Program-made: the position numbers and the translations under genes
The notes under the pieces: generated by a model
What the model was told of the DNA's origin: nothing
The model's database searches: none
The model's input: the letters and a program-made list of their open reading frames with translations, nothing else
Source of the DNA: Kiritimatiellia bacterium
Lineage (GTDB): Bacteria > Verrucomicrobiota > Kiritimatiellia > JAAZAB01
Assembly (NCBI GenBank): GCA_041653875.1
Contig: JBAZEM010000006.1
Span: 46,585 to 110,584, forward strand
Direction of reading: 5' to 3'
Length of the DNA stretch: 64,000 nucleotides
Part shown: positions 9,654 through 19,018 of the stretch, piece after piece
How the letters are laid out: each line of letters begins with the position of its first letter
Position numbering within the stretch: the first letter of the stretch is position 1

Positions 9654-10496
9654 TCATGGTTCAGGATAATTATAGTTGCACACTGTCATAACATTCTTTT
9701 TTAACGTGGTTTCGTAGCTGATCCGGCCGTTCGCATCGGGTTCCGGAAAGTTGCCGAGCACAACCAGCGGCAATCCCAGTTCGCGCGCCAGAGTCTTGCC
9801 GACTTTGCCGCTGCTTTGCCGATTATCCACGACCAGGCGCGCCCGTGCCCGGCGCGCTTGTTGCATAACCTTCTGAAGATTGCGCAACGAGACATCGTCG
9901 TCACGCTGGAATTCCGCTGCCACGCCGAGTCCCACCCAGGCGACCCAGTCGGCGTTCATGGTTGAACATACTGCCGGCAAAGCCCGGATTTTTTTCGAAG
10001 CCGGCTGCAATTCCGCTTCCAGTGCGTCAATCCGTTTCCAATACGCTGTCAAATTTGCGCGGAATAATGCGGCGTGCTTTGGGAACTTGCTTGTCAGGAT
10101 CGTGGCCATCTGTTCTGCTGCCTGTTTTTGGATTGCTGGAATCATCCAATTGCCTGGGATGACGACGGCGCTCAGCGGCGGGCGGGATCGGTCGTTTTCA
10201 AACACCGCCAGGAATTTTTCCGTGCCGTGGCCAAGGATAAGAACCGCCCCGCGTATTTTTTCGATATTACGGGGGCTGAGCTCAAAATGTCCCGGGCACA
10301 TGCCCCAAGGCACGATCGTTTCTGTCTGGTATAAACCGCCGGCCAGAGTTTCAACCAGCCCGCTTAAATGCGTTGTGGTGCATACCACAATGGGTTGTGT
10401 TGCCGGAACCGGTTCCTTGGCCATGGCCGCCGTTAGACAGGCGGCCATGGTAAGCATGGATAGTCCTGTTTTAGATGCGCATGCGTAAGCCGACAT
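9654..10496 (-). CDS. Metal ABC transporter substrate-binding protein (TroA/ZnuA-like)
   Basis: Signal peptide. TroA-like fold motifs (PGHFELSP, VLILGHG). Confidence 0.65.
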   Translation of the reverse strand: MSAYACASKTGLSMLTMAACLTAAMAKEPVPATQPIVVCTTTHLSGLVETLAGGLYQTETIVPWGMCPGHFELSPRNIEKIRGAVLILGHGTEKFLAVFENDRSRPPLSAVVIPGNWMIPAIQKQAAEQMATILTSKFPKHAALFRANLTAYWKRIDALEAELQPASKKIRALPAVCSTMNADWVAWVGLGVAAEFQRDDDVSLRNLQKVMQQARRARARLVVDNRQSSGKVGKTLARELGLPLVVLGNFPEPDANGRISYETTLKKNVMTVCNYNYPEP

Positions 10497-12441
10497 AACC
10501 TGTTATTCCCGGCATTGGATATCCCGGAATCTGTTCGTAATCCTTGTCGAACAGATTGTCAATACCACCGAAGACTTCCGCATATTTAACGACGGGATAA
10601 GCCGCCTTGAGATTTACCACGTAATAATTGGCCACTTTCCCAATGGCGCCGCCTGCCAGAATGTCGCTGTCATACAAATCGGCAACATACTGGACTTCCG
10701 CCGAAAGACGGAATTTTTTTATAGTGTATTCCGCGATGAAGCTCAACTCATTTTCCGGAACGCCCTGGCGGTTGGTATTCGGATTGCCGGTCTTGGCGTC
10801 GTCAATATCCGTATAGGTGTAGGAAGCGTTCAAACGGCACGGTTCGATCGGCCGGTATTCGACCGCCACTTCGACGCCGCGCGTGTCGAAGGCGCCGGAG
10901 TTCTGGTTGATGGTTTGGGGCGGTGGTGCGGGGTTCGGAACCGTTTGAATCATATTATGCGCCTGCTGATAAAACGGAGCGATTTCCACGCTGGCCACCG
11001 AGCATATTTTCTGGATCAAACCAACGTCGTAACCCCATATATCTTCGGGTTCCAACTTCTCGTCGTGGGCAGGGAAAAGATATAACTCGCTGAACCGCGG
11101 CTGGCGGAAACCGCGCGCCGCTTTGGCGCGCAATATGGTGGACGCGGTCACATGGTTTAACAAGCCGACCGTCGGCAGGAATTCGACGCTGTCACCGCAG
11201 TTGTCGTAATGCCCGCGCAAGCCCAGTGTGTTGACCCACTGGCGCCAGGTCAACTCGTTAAAGACATACACGTCGTTATTCTGCTGAATAAAACTGCCAA
11301 AATCCATGTATTTGGCCGGCATGTTCTTTTTGGCCCAAGCCACCCAGTCATCCTGGGGCCTGGCCCACAAATACTGGTATTCGTAGCCGACCGTGGGCGC
11401 GCATTTCGTGTCGTCGTTTTTAAAAACGGTTCGCGAATACTCGGCTTTGCCCCCGAATGTCTGGTCCTTTGAATGCCAATAATCTGAAATCGTCGGCATG
11501 TTGAACTTGTGGTCCCCGAAAGTGTTATAAGCTATGAACGAAAGCCGCGAATCGTCCCATTGGCCGGTCAGATCGACATTCCACGAGCCGCGCTTGTATA
11601 GCCGGCAATCGTTGTTGGTGTAGAGATTGTTAATTGGCCCCGGATCATGGCCAAGGTCGGCGAAATACTGGCCGGCAGCTTCCAACCGCCAGACATCGGT
11701 TAAATCCTCTCCGAGCCGTAGTGACCCGAAGTCACCGCTGTATTCGCCGTTGGGGCGGTAACCGTCGGTTTGTTTGTGGTCATACGCGGCGTAATAATCG
11801 AAACCTTGGATTTTCCCGCCGTGGCGCGCTAATCCATGCAGAGTGCCGTAACTGCCGTATTGCAGTGAGCCGTCGGTCTCAAAGCCTGGGTCCAGCCTGC
11901 GGCGCGTAATGATGTTAATCACGCCTCCCATGGCGTCCGAGCCGTAAAGCACCGATTCCGGGCCGCGCAACACTTCGATTCTATCCACATTGGCCAAGGG
12001 CAAGGTCTGCGAGACCGTGCAGCCGAAAAGCAACATTTTTTCGGGGCGTCCGTCAATCAGGGTCTGGATTCTGCGCATGTTCGATCCCAGCCCGCGAATA
12101 CTGACATCCTGCCGGCCGTAGATGGCGTCCTTGCGGATATAAACGCTCGGTTCCGCGACGATGGCGTCCATAACGTAGTCGGTGGTCAAAGCTTCGATTT
12201 GATCCCGATCAATCACGCTCACCGCCGAGGTCACGTTTTTCACCTTATTGGTCAGGCGCGAGCCCAGGACTATGATTTCGTCCACCCGCAAGTATGCGGG
12301 AGGTTCTTGCGCTATGCCTGCCGACGAAGCCTCGTTGGTTGCCGCCGGTGAAATGGCGTTGCTCGACACCTGTGCTCCGGCAACGCCGCCGAAGAGCATC
12401 GTGCCCGCGCAGATCAGTGCCCACTGGTTTCTTCTTTGCAT
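10471..12441 (-). CDS. TonB-dependent outer-membrane receptor
   Basis: Signal peptide, TonB box DEIIVLGSR, plug and barrel motifs. Start taken at MQRRNQWALICAG. Confidence 0.75.
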   Translation of the reverse strand: MQRRNQWALICAGTMLFGGVAGAQVSSNAISPAATNEASSAGIAQEPPAYLRVDEIIVLGSRLTNKVKNVTSAVSVIDRDQIEALTTDYVMDAIVAEPSVYIRKDAIYGRQDVSIRGLGSNMRRIQTLIDGRPEKMLLFGCTVSQTLPLANVDRIEVLRGPESVLYGSDAMGGVINIITRRRLDPGFETDGSLQYGSYGTLHGLARHGGKIQGFDYYAAYDHKQTDGYRPNGEYSGDFGSLRLGEDLTDVWRLEAAGQYFADLGHDPGPINNLYTNNDCRLYKRGSWNVDLTGQWDDSRLSFIAYNTFGDHKFNMPTISDYWHSKDQTFGGKAEYSRTVFKNDDTKCAPTVGYEYQYLWARPQDDWVAWAKKNMPAKYMDFGSFIQQNNDVYVFNELTWRQWVNTLGLRGHYDNCGDSVEFLPTVGLLNHVTASTILRAKAARGFRQPRFSELYLFPAHDEKLEPEDIWGYDVGLIQKICSVASVEIAPFYQQAHNMIQTVPNPAPPPQTINQNSGAFDTRGVEVAVEYRPIEPCRLNASYTYTDIDDAKTGNPNTNRQGVPENELSFIAEYTIKKFRLSAEVQYVADLYDSDILAGGAIGKVANYYVVNLKAAYPVVKYAEVFGGIDNLFDKDYEQIPGYPMPGITGYVGLRMRI

Positions 12442-12519
12442 TTTCCGAATTCCTTTCCTGTTGTGTTGTTGAGGCGGCAACCATTGTTTGGCAATATGGC
12501 ATCCGGCCGTCTTGGTCGA

Positions 12520-12552
12520 CGCTATAATACGATATATAAATTAGTATTACCG
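12520..12552. promoter_or_regulatory. Candidate metalloregulator operator: inverted repeat TAATAC-N13-GTATTA in an AT-rich promoter region
   Basis: Lies between the mini-nikR stop and the TBDR start and is the only AT-rich stretch there. Half-sites resemble the NikR/Fur-family GTAT-type dyad. Confidence 0.3.
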
Positions 12553-12587
12553 ATAGACTAAAAAAATACAGCCAACAGAATGGCGTA

Positions 12588-12842
12588 TTATTTCGATGCC
12601 TGGCCGGTAGCGGTGGCAGTCAGGCCGCCGTGCTTGACGCCCCGCAGGGCGATCAGACGATCAGCCAGCGATATGACCCCCACCACGGCGCCTTGCTCGC
12701 TACGCCATTGTTCGTCCACCAGGTTCTTGCGAATCGGGTCGCGCGCGGCTTCCGATCGGTTCTGGCAGCCATGCCGGGTGAGAAACAAGTCGAAGGCGGC
12801 CAGCAGGTCTGACTCCAAGGCGGCGGGAAAACTGGCGATCAC
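12588..12842 (-). CDS. NikR-like ribbon-helix-helix regulator, truncated (84 aa; lacks central metal-binding segment)
   Basis: The N-terminus aligns to the E. coli NikR RHH domain (..DLLAAFDLFLTRHGCQNRSEAARDPIR..). The C-terminus aligns to the NikR end (ADRLIALRGVKHGGL vs ADDVIAQRGVRHGHL). About 50 aa are missing, including the His/Cys nickel ligands. Confidence 0.55.
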   Translation of the reverse strand: MIASFPAALESDLLAAFDLFLTRHGCQNRSEAARDPIRKNLVDEQWRSEQGAVVGVISLADRLIALRGVKHGGLTATATGQASK

Positions 12843-12996
12843 GGTAATACTATTTCTCCTTTCGTGTTAATCTACGATCGAAATACCACCATGTCAAGCA
12901 AGAATATTTTAAAAGCGTATATGCTGTCGATATTTTCATAGACCGAAAGATTTATTCAGATGTCGATCCGCTGTCAAGGCACGGCGCCGAGGTCCA

Positions 12997-13761
12997 TCAG
13001 TTTTTTAGCTGGAAGCGGAAGATAATCAGAGATTCGGATGTTACCGGCTTGCCGTTTCTCCGGCCGGGGCTAAAACGCGCGCGTCTTATGGCTTTGAGAG
13101 CGGCTTGGTCCAGTTCGCGATGGCCGCTGGACTGAACTATATCTGTCCCATCAACCCGTCCATCCGCGCCAACCTGCGCGCGCACCGTAACATTGCCTTG
13201 CTCGCCGCGACGCCGCGCGCCCAACGGATAGACGGGGCGAACACCCGCCGACATCCGGGGCAACCCCTGAATGCCTTTGCTTAATCCATCGGCGTCGGAT
13301 TGCGGCGCGGCGTCATCTCCCGATTGGGTGGAAGACATGCCCGAAGAAGCATTATCCGCCAATTTGGCCTGCGTGAGTTCAGATGGAGTTTCGGCGGTCT
13401 CCTCCGGCTGTTCCGGCGCCGGCCGGGATTCCGAGAGTGCGGCGGATGGATGGGGAAGATCAACCTGAGCCGGCGCTTCTTTTTCCGCCTCAGGCGCCGT
13501 ATAAATCGGCGCTTCAACGGGGGGCGCCGCTTGCGCCTGCATTGCGGCAATCCCGGCGGGAGGCGGAGCGAGGAATGTCATTGCCAGGCTGGATGCGCCC
13601 TGTTGAAAGATTGGTTGCGCCCGGATAGAGCGGCCGCCCCACAGGCCCGCCATGGATAGCAACAGGCCGACATGAAACAACAGCGCGAGCAACAGGCCCG
13701 CGATATAATCGCGCGGATTCGATCCGCATGCGGAACCGTTACACGAATCCCGACGGTTCAT
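12997..13761 (-). CDS. tonB: TonB energy transducer
   Basis: N-terminal TM anchor, Pro/Ala/Glu-rich spacer, C-terminal TonB domain (VRPVYPLGARRRGEQGNVTVRAQVGADGRV...). Start set at MNRRDS (13761). Confidence 0.65.
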   Translation of the reverse strand: MNRRDSCNGSACGSNPRDYIAGLLLALLFHVGLLLSMAGLWGGRSIRAQPIFQQGASSLAMTFLAPPPAGIAAMQAQAAPPVEAPIYTAPEAEKEAPAQVDLPHPSAALSESRPAPEQPEETAETPSELTQAKLADNASSGMSSTQSGDDAAPQSDADGLSKGIQGLPRMSAGVRPVYPLGARRRGEQGNVTVRAQVGADGRVDGTDIVQSSGHRELDQAALKAIRRARFSPGRRNGKPVTSESLIIFRFQLKN

Positions 13762-13826
13762 ATTTAAGGGTGTAGCGGCGGTTCGCAAGAACCGCGCCGG
13801 CTTAAAAAAATTACTGCGCGCTAAAT

Positions 13827-14228
13827 TCACGGTTTTTTCACCTCGAAGGCCACCGCGGCGATGCCGGCCTCCTTCAGCCGCGACAACAGCTCGATGCCGA
13901 CGCCCAGGTCGGCGCCGCGGTCGCCGCCGATCAGCACGGCGCAGGAACCGCTGCGGGCGGCCGCGGCGGTTCTTGCAACGCAAGTTTCCAAGTCGCAGAT
14001 TTCCCGATCCAGGCTGATGGTATTGTCGGCGGCAAGCGTAATACGGATACTGCGTTTTTGACTGCCGGCGTCGGCCACGCCCGCCGGCAAGGCCACTTTC
14101 AGGCCTTTGGAGAGGGTCATGGAAATGGCCGCGTAGATGAAAAACACCAGGATGACGAAGGCAATATCGATCAGATTGACCAACTCAATGCGCGCCTTCT
14201 TGTTTTCGTAGCCGGTGGGTATCCGCAT
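13827..14228 (-). CDS. exbD: ExbD/TolR biopolymer transport protein
   Basis: KKARIELVNLIDIAFVILVFFI motif typical of ExbD. Confidence 0.7.
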   Translation of the reverse strand: MRIPTGYENKKARIELVNLIDIAFVILVFFIYAAISMTLSKGLKVALPAGVADAGSQKRSIRITLAADNTISLDREICDLETCVARTAAAARSGSCAVLIGGDRGADLGVGIELLSRLKEAGIAAVAFEVKKP

Positions 14229-14862
14229 ATTCCAGTCCTTTCTTGTAAGCCACTTCGAACTGGGCGACAAACTGCTCCAATCGCCGCGCTTCGCGCTGGA
14301 TTTTGCTGACCAGCGCGTTATAGGGCACCAGGGTCACCATGGCGATAATAAGTCCGGCGGCCGTGGCTATCAGCGCTTCCGCCAGACCGGCGATTACCGC
14401 GCCCGGATCCTGAATCTCCACGGCGCCCAGAATGCGGAAGGAGCGGATAATCCCCAGCACCGTGCCGAGAATGCCCAGGAGCGGCGCCAGGGTGATGACG
14501 GTATCCAAGGCCGTCAGGCCGTGTTTCATGCGGGCGATTTCATCGCCGGCGGCCACCTCAAGACTGCCTTCCAGGCCGTAGGCATGGTGCTTTAACCCCG
14601 CCGCCAGGATGCGCGTCGCGGCGAAGGGATGGAGGCGCGCTATTCGGATGGCTTGATCGAATTCGCCGCATTCGGTTTCTTGCATAAGCTGGTCCAGCCA
14701 TTCCGCGCGTTGCGCGCTCATGCGCTGGCGCCACCAGAATAGCAGGCGCTCGATCGTGATCGTCGCCGAGAGCAACGAACAGATCATGAGCGGCCACATC
14801 ACCGGGCCGCCCTTGAGAATGACCGACCAGACCGCGCCAGAACCTTCAATGTGCATCATCAT
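14185..14862 (-). CDS. exbB: ExbB/MotA/TolQ proton channel
   Basis: Three TM helices. MotA_ExbB-type sequence. Confidence 0.7.
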   Translation of the reverse strand: MMMHIEGSGAVWSVILKGGPVMWPLMICSLLSATITIERLLFWWRQRMSAQRAEWLDQLMQETECGEFDQAIRIARLHPFAATRILAAGLKHHAYGLEGSLEVAAGDEIARMKHGLTALDTVITLAPLLGILGTVLGIIRSFRILGAVEIQDPGAVIAGLAEALIATAAGLIIAMVTLVPYNALVSKIQREARRLEQFVAQFEVAYKKGLEYADTHRLRKQEGAH

Positions 14863-14865
14863 TTT

Positions 14866-15245
14866 TTAGTCCTTGATACGTAGGAATTTCCCGCCATAGG
14901 CGGATCCGCCTCCGGCAGACAAAACATAGCGGTTCTAACGAACCGCAACTACACCAAAGCGGTGTAGTTGCCGTTCGATAGAACGGCAAAGTCGCGGCCT
15001 TTGGCCGCCTAACTCGATGTTAAGGAAATTCAATCTGATGTAGAGCCGGTTTTATACCGGCTATCCTATGCCGAAGATAGCCGACGTAAAGTCGGCTCTA
15101 CATGAAAAAGCCGCCCCGCTGCGGGGCCTAACTTGATGTATAGGAAATCCAAACCCGCCGGGTCAGGGGACCCGGCCTACAATACTGTAGGCCCGGTGCC
15201 CTCACCGGGCGTTATGAAAAAGCTGCCCCGCTGCGGGGCCTAACT
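14866..15245. repeat. BIME-like mosaic repeat array (hairpin modules separated by conserved linker CTAACTYGATGTAnAGGAAATYCAA)
   Basis: Three linker copies at about 15012, 15135 and 15238. Hairpin modules such as GTAGAGCCGG..CCGGCTCTAC and GCCCCGCTGCGGGGC recur at 32292-32470, 48335-48545 (inverted), 62745-63360 and partly at 30205-30310. Confidence 0.75.
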
Positions 15246-16047
15246 TGTTGTTTCTGCGGTTGGCTTCCTGCGCCGCCTCGGAAATAGCCATGACATAAGG
15301 TTTGCGGGAAACAGGGTTTTTCTCGACCACCACAACCGTTTTGTAAACCTCCTCAATAATCCTGTAATCAAGCACCTCCTCCGGGGCGCCGAATTTGTAA
15401 ATGGCGCCCTTGTCGAACAGCGCCAGGCGATGGCAGTATTCGCCGGCCAGGTTCAAATCGTGCAGCACCATAATCACCGTAAGAGCGAAGTTGATGTTCA
15501 ACCTTCTGATGAGATCGAGGATGCCCATCTGGTGGGTGATGTCGAGATAGGTGGTCGGTTCGTCCAGGAGCAACAACTTCGGTTCCTGGGCCAGCGCGCG
15601 CGCAATCAGGGCTAACTGGCGTTCTCCGCCGCTGATCCGGCTCATGAGCTGGTCCTTGATCCTGAGCGCATCGGTTAACACCATGGCGTTGCAGGCGATC
15701 TGCGCGTCGTTCTTCGTTTCGAGGAAGCGGAAGCGGTCGTAATAGGGTGTCCGGCCCAGGAGCACAAATTCCTCCACGGTCATAAAACCGGATTCGGCGC
15801 TTTGCGAAACAACCGCGATTTTGCGCGCCAGTTCCCGGATTTTCATTCTGCGGATATCTTCGCCCTCCAGACGAATGACGCCGCCCGCCGGTTTCAGCGA
15901 CCGCGTGATGGCCCTCAGCAGGGTTGTTTTCCCGGAGCCGTTCGGGCCGATGATGCCGACGATTTCGCCGGCCGGAACGCGCAGATTGATATTACGGATG
16001 GCGAATCCGGAGTCATAGCCGCAGGTCAGATCGCTTATATCGAGCAT
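15202..16047 (-). CDS. btuD: Iron-siderophore/cobalamin ABC transporter ATP-binding protein (BtuD/FepC-like)
   Basis: Walker A GPNGSGKTTLL, LSGGERQ, LLLLDEPT. Start set at MLDISDL. The C-terminal tail runs into the repeat array. Confidence 0.7.
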   Translation of the reverse strand: MLDISDLTCGYDSGFAIRNINLRVPAGEIVGIIGPNGSGKTTLLRAITRSLKPAGGVIRLEGEDIRRMKIRELARKIAVVSQSAESGFMTVEEFVLLGRTPYYDRFRFLETKNDAQIACNAMVLTDALRIKDQLMSRISGGERQLALIARALAQEPKLLLLDEPTTYLDITHQMGILDLIRRLNINFALTVIMVLHDLNLAGEYCHRLALFDKGAIYKFGAPEEVLDYRIIEEVYKTVVVVEKNPVSRKPYVMAISEAAQEANRRNNKLGPAAGQLFHNAR

Positions 16048-17057
16048 CGGATTTGGCCCTCCCGCCGCCGGCACAATACATAGACAAAAATTATCCCGCC
16101 CAGCAATCCCGTGACGACGCCGACGGGCAATTCCGTCGGGCTGACAACCGTTCGCGCCAATGTGTCGCAGGCGACCAGGAAAACGCCCCCGCAAAGCCAG
16201 GCGGCGGGCAGCAAAATACGGTGGTCGCCGCCCACGAAAAGGCGCATGAAATGCGGAACCACCAGGCCCACGAAGCCGATGATCCCGGCCACAGAAACGC
16301 TCAATCCGGTCATAATTGACGCCAGGATAAAGAGCAGGCGTTTGGCGGTTTCGATGTTGACGCCGAGATGGAAGGCCTCCTCCTCGCCGAGCGCGAGGGC
16401 GTTAAGCTCCAGGCAAAAGAAATAAGAAACCCCCAGGGCGACAACGGAAACAATCACGGCGATTCTTACCAGCAGAGGGTTGGGCTGTTCCAGGGAGCCC
16501 ATGGCCCAAAAGATGATGCCGTGCAAATCCTCCACCTTCGAAATCGCCATGATAAGCGTCATCAACGAAGAGCAGATGAAGCTGATCATTATGCCGATCA
16601 ACAGCAGATTTCGGATGTTAAGGCCGCCTTTGCCGATGCTTAAAAAATACACCGCGAAAATGGCGGCGGCCGCGCCAATCGAGCCGGCCACCGGCAAAGA
16701 CCAGACGCCGCAACTCCGGCCCAGCCTGAAGATGATAGCCAGGCATACGCCCAGCGCCGCGCCGCCGGAAATTCCCATGGTATAAGGCTCAACCAGCGGA
16801 TTGCGGAATAATCCCTGCAAAATGACTCCGGCCAGGCTCAACGCGCCGCCGACCGCAATGCCAAGTAAAATGCGCGGAAGACGAACATCATAGATGATGG
16901 TCCGTTCCATAGTGTCGCCGCTGCGCATTAGCGCCGACAAAAGTCTGGCCGGCGAAATATCGGCCGAACCCAGGCACAGGGAAATGATCCCCACGCCCGC
17001 CAGCAAGCCGCCCAGAATCAGAAGCGCGGCCATCCAATGTGTAAATCTGTTTTTCAA
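16035..17057 (-). CDS. btuC: FecCD-family ABC permease (BtuC-like)
   Basis: About 9 TM helices. FecCD family signature region. Confidence 0.75.
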   Translation of the reverse strand: MKNRFTHWMAALLILGGLLAGVGIISLCLGSADISPARLLSALMRSGDTMERTIIYDVRLPRILLGIAVGGALSLAGVILQGLFRNPLVEPYTMGISGGAALGVCLAIIFRLGRSCGVWSLPVAGSIGAAAAIFAVYFLSIGKGGLNIRNLLLIGIMISFICSSLMTLIMAISKVEDLHGIIFWAMGSLEQPNPLLVRIAVIVSVVALGVSYFFCLELNALALGEEEAFHLGVNIETAKRLLFILASIMTGLSVSVAGIIGFVGLVVPHFMRLFVGGDHRILLPAAWLCGGVFLVACDTLARTVVSPTELPVGVVTGLLGGIIFVYVLCRRREGQIRCSI

Positions 17058-19018
17058 AATGCCGCCTTCACGCCGCCTATCACGCTTGCGCCGGGCATGG
17101 GGTAGCCGTCAAGCAACTGATATTGCTTGTTCAGGATGTTGTCGCCGCGCGCAAATATTTCCACACCCTTGAAAATAGTTTGCGACGCATAAGCGCCCAG
17201 GGTTAAAAAGCCGCCCAATTCCTTGGCATTGGCCCGGTCGGTGTAAACCGAGCCGGTATAGTCGGCGTTCACGTTCAATTTCAGCCCCCATTCGCTCTGA
17301 TAGCCCAGGCGGCCGCCCACTTTATTCTTCGGCCGGTAGGTCAGGGTCTCGCCGTCGTACGCGCCGCTGGTGTCCCGCGCATCAAGCAAGGTGTAGTTCA
17401 GCTCGCCGGAGATTTCTTCGGTGAGCTGCATGCTTAATTCGGTTTCCAACCCCCGCAAGACGGCCTTATTGACATTTTGCGCCGTATATATCCCCTTGCC
17501 GTCGTTATCGTACCAGGCGATCAGGTTTTTCATGCGGCTTTGAAAGAGGGATACTTCCAGCATGCTTTTCGCCCCGAGCTGCTGTTGAATGCCGGCGTCG
17601 CAGCCGATCGATTCCTCGGGCTTCAAATCGGGATTACCCATGGAATAATCGTCCCGCCAATAGAGTTCGTTAACCGTGGGCGCCCTGAATCCGCGGCCGA
17701 TGGAGGCCTTCAAACCGGTGCCTTCGATAATCTTGTAGAGGCCGCTGATCTTCGGGCTGAGTTCAGCGCCCCATTTCGACTGAACGTCGCAGCGCAGGCC
17801 GGGGGTCACGACCAGTTCCTCCAGCAGCGACACCTCGTCCTGCAGGAAACCCGCGCCGGTGAAGAGATCGCGGCCGCCGCCGATGCGCGAGACATCGTTG
17901 GCATCCCTGATATTCACATAGTCGTTTTCCAGGTAAATACCTCCCAGGAGCAGTTGGCGCGCGCCCACCGGCAAAGTCTGCTGAATGTCCAAGCCTGCTT
18001 TCCGGTTCCGGCTGGTGTCGTCGATAAAACTGTCGGGGTCTTTATATTCCTGCCAGTTCTGATTTAAAAAAGCCTTGCTGGTGAGAACCGTGTTTGTTTC
18101 AAATTCGTATTTATGCGTGAGATCGAACCAGTATTGCCGGTCATATTGCTTGGCATTGGGGGTTTCCCAGCTGGTCGAGCCGGGGACGCCTTTGTTCTGC
18201 CGTGAAAAGCCGGAGTTTAGCGTCAGCCGCGATTCCCGGGTCAGGTCATAATCCAGTTTCCCGGCAACATTGTAGCCGTCGCAGGCGCTGTTTTCGCGCC
18301 AGCCGTCGGACGCATTCTGGCTGGCCGTGATCAGGTAGCCGGCGTCGCCTATTTTCGCCCCGTTATTCAATCGGAGAATGCGCGTGTTTTTCGTTCCATA
18401 CGACGCCGCTAAATCGGTTGTAAATTTCTCCGGCGGATCCCGGGTGACGATATTGACCACCCCGGCCATGGCGCCGGCGCCGTAAAGAACCGAGCCGGGT
18501 CCCCGGATCACCTCGATGCGCTCGATCTGGTCAACGGGATACAGGGAAAGATCGGCCATGCCCACCGAGGCAACGTTGACCGGCCGGCCGTCAACCATGA
18601 CCAATACCTGCTGTCCGGAGGAACCACGCAGAGTTATCTTGCTTTCCGCGCCCATGGCGCCGTAGCTGTTGACGCGCGCGTCGGCGACTTCTTCCAGAAC
18701 CTCGCCGACGTTTTGCGCCTGTAATTCCTCGATTCTTTCCCGCGGAACCACCGAAACGCTCACTCCCAAGTCCCGTACCGTCTGGGGAATGCGCGTGGCC
18801 GAAACAACCACGGTATCGGCGTCGACAACCGCCTGGGTGGCAACCGGCGCGGGCTGGGTGGCAGCCGCCACTTGGGTGACAACCGCCACTTGGGCGGAGG
18901 ACTGCTGCGCGGCGTTGGATTCCGCCGCCAAGATATTGGTTGCCATTCCCGCCGCGAGCATGAAATTCATAAGCGTTGTCACCGCCAGCGCGGTTTTGTT
19001 GTCCATGGCTCTATTCAT
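17054..19018 (-). CDS. btuB: TonB-dependent receptor (BtuB-like)
   Basis: TonB box DTVVVSATR, plug domain motifs, beta-barrel. Confidence 0.7.
   Translation of the reverse strand: MNRAMDNKTALAVTTLMNFMLAAGMATNILAAESNAAQQSSAQVAVVTQVAAATQPAPVATQAVVDADTVVVSATRIPQTVRDLGVSVSVVPRERIEELQAQNVGEVLEEVADARVNSYGAMGAESKITLRGSSGQQVLVMVDGRPVNVASVGMADLSLYPVDQIERIEVIRGPGSVLYGAGAMAGVVNIVTRDPPEKFTTDLAASYGTKNTRILRLNNGAKIGDAGYLITASQNASDGWRENSACDGYNVAGKLDYDLTRESRLTLNSGFSRQNKGVPGSTSWETPNAKQYDRQYWFDLTHKYEFETNTVLTSKAFLNQNWQEYKDPDSFIDDTSRNRKAGLDIQQTLPVGARQLLLGGIYLENDYVNIRDANDVSRIGGGRDLFTGAGFLQDEVSLLEELVVTPGLRCDVQSKWGAELSPKISGLYKIIEGTGLKASIGRGFRAPTVNELYWRDDYSMGNPDLKPEESIGCDAGIQQQLGAKSMLEVSLFQSRMKNLIAWYDNDGKGIYTAQNVNKAVLRGLETELSMQLTEEISGELNYTLLDARDTSGAYDGETLTYRPKNKVGGRLGYQSEWGLKLNVNADYTGSVYTDRANAKELGGFLTLGAYASQTIFKGVEIFARGDNILNKQYQLLDGYPMPGASVIGGVKAAF

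Noticed and set aside
12997-13983. Long N-terminal Arg-rich extension of the TonB ORF (MRCKNRRGRPQRF...)
   Set aside because: Arg/Pro-rich read-through upstream of the true start. The start was set at the Met preceding the TM anchor (13761).
14866-15245. CRISPR array interpretation of the constant-linker/variable-hairpin arrangement
   Set aside because: The units between linkers are about 90-nt structured palindromes that recur at other loci, unlike unique spacers. Repeat length and spacing do not fit CRISPR. No cas genes in the window.
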